Source of the DNA: Octopus vulgaris
Taxonomy: Eukaryota
Direction of reading: 5' to 3'
DNA length: 64,000 nt
Assembly (NCBI GenBank): GCA_951406725.2
Contig: OX597831.1
Coordinates: 52,080,001-52,144,000 of the forward strand
Made by a program: the position numbers and the translations under genes. The notes beneath the pieces were generated by a model. That model saw nothing but the letters and a program-made list of their open reading frames with translations. It did not search any database and had not been told where the DNA came from. Shown piece by piece: positions 63,864-64,000 of the stretch; position 1 is the stretch's first letter, and each line of letters starts with the position of its first letter.

Positions 63864-64000
63864 TTTGAAAGGATTTATTGGATTAAGTCATTCTAGATGT
63901 TTGCACATTGGTAAAAGATGGTATTGGCACGGATGGAATGTCTTTGATTGTTCATCTCCTTGGTCAAAGATGACCTGTAGCTAAACAACAACGGCAAAAA

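Overview
AT-rich eukaryotic DNA, dense in microsatellites and SINEs. The repeat families point to an octopus (coleoid cephalopod) genome; this is inferred, not verified. The only host gene I can support is the 3' half of VWA8 (KIAA0564-like; mitochondrial AAA+/von Willebrand A protein) on the + strand. It has 20 coding exons from 8578 to the stop at 63189, and they join with consistent splice phases (2605 nt, about 867 aa). One intron is a non-canonical GC-AG intron. The introns hold fossil DNA transposons (mariner, maT/Tc1-like, pogo/Tigger, piggyBac-type MITEs), LINE remnants (CR1-like, R4/Dong-like, RTE with a PHD-like finger), a Penelope-like (Neptune-type) RT/GIY-YIG remnant, several tRNA-derived SINE families and minisatellites. 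The most unusual signal is about 15 type-I hammerhead-ribozyme motifs from several unrelated sequence families. Three have complete catalytic cores in the sense orientation of the pre-mRNA (17753-17839, 51726-51760, 57040-57110). Many sit in head-to-head palindromic pairs, and one is joined to a tRNA-like Pol III head. All motif calls were made by eye; no activity or database match has been tested.
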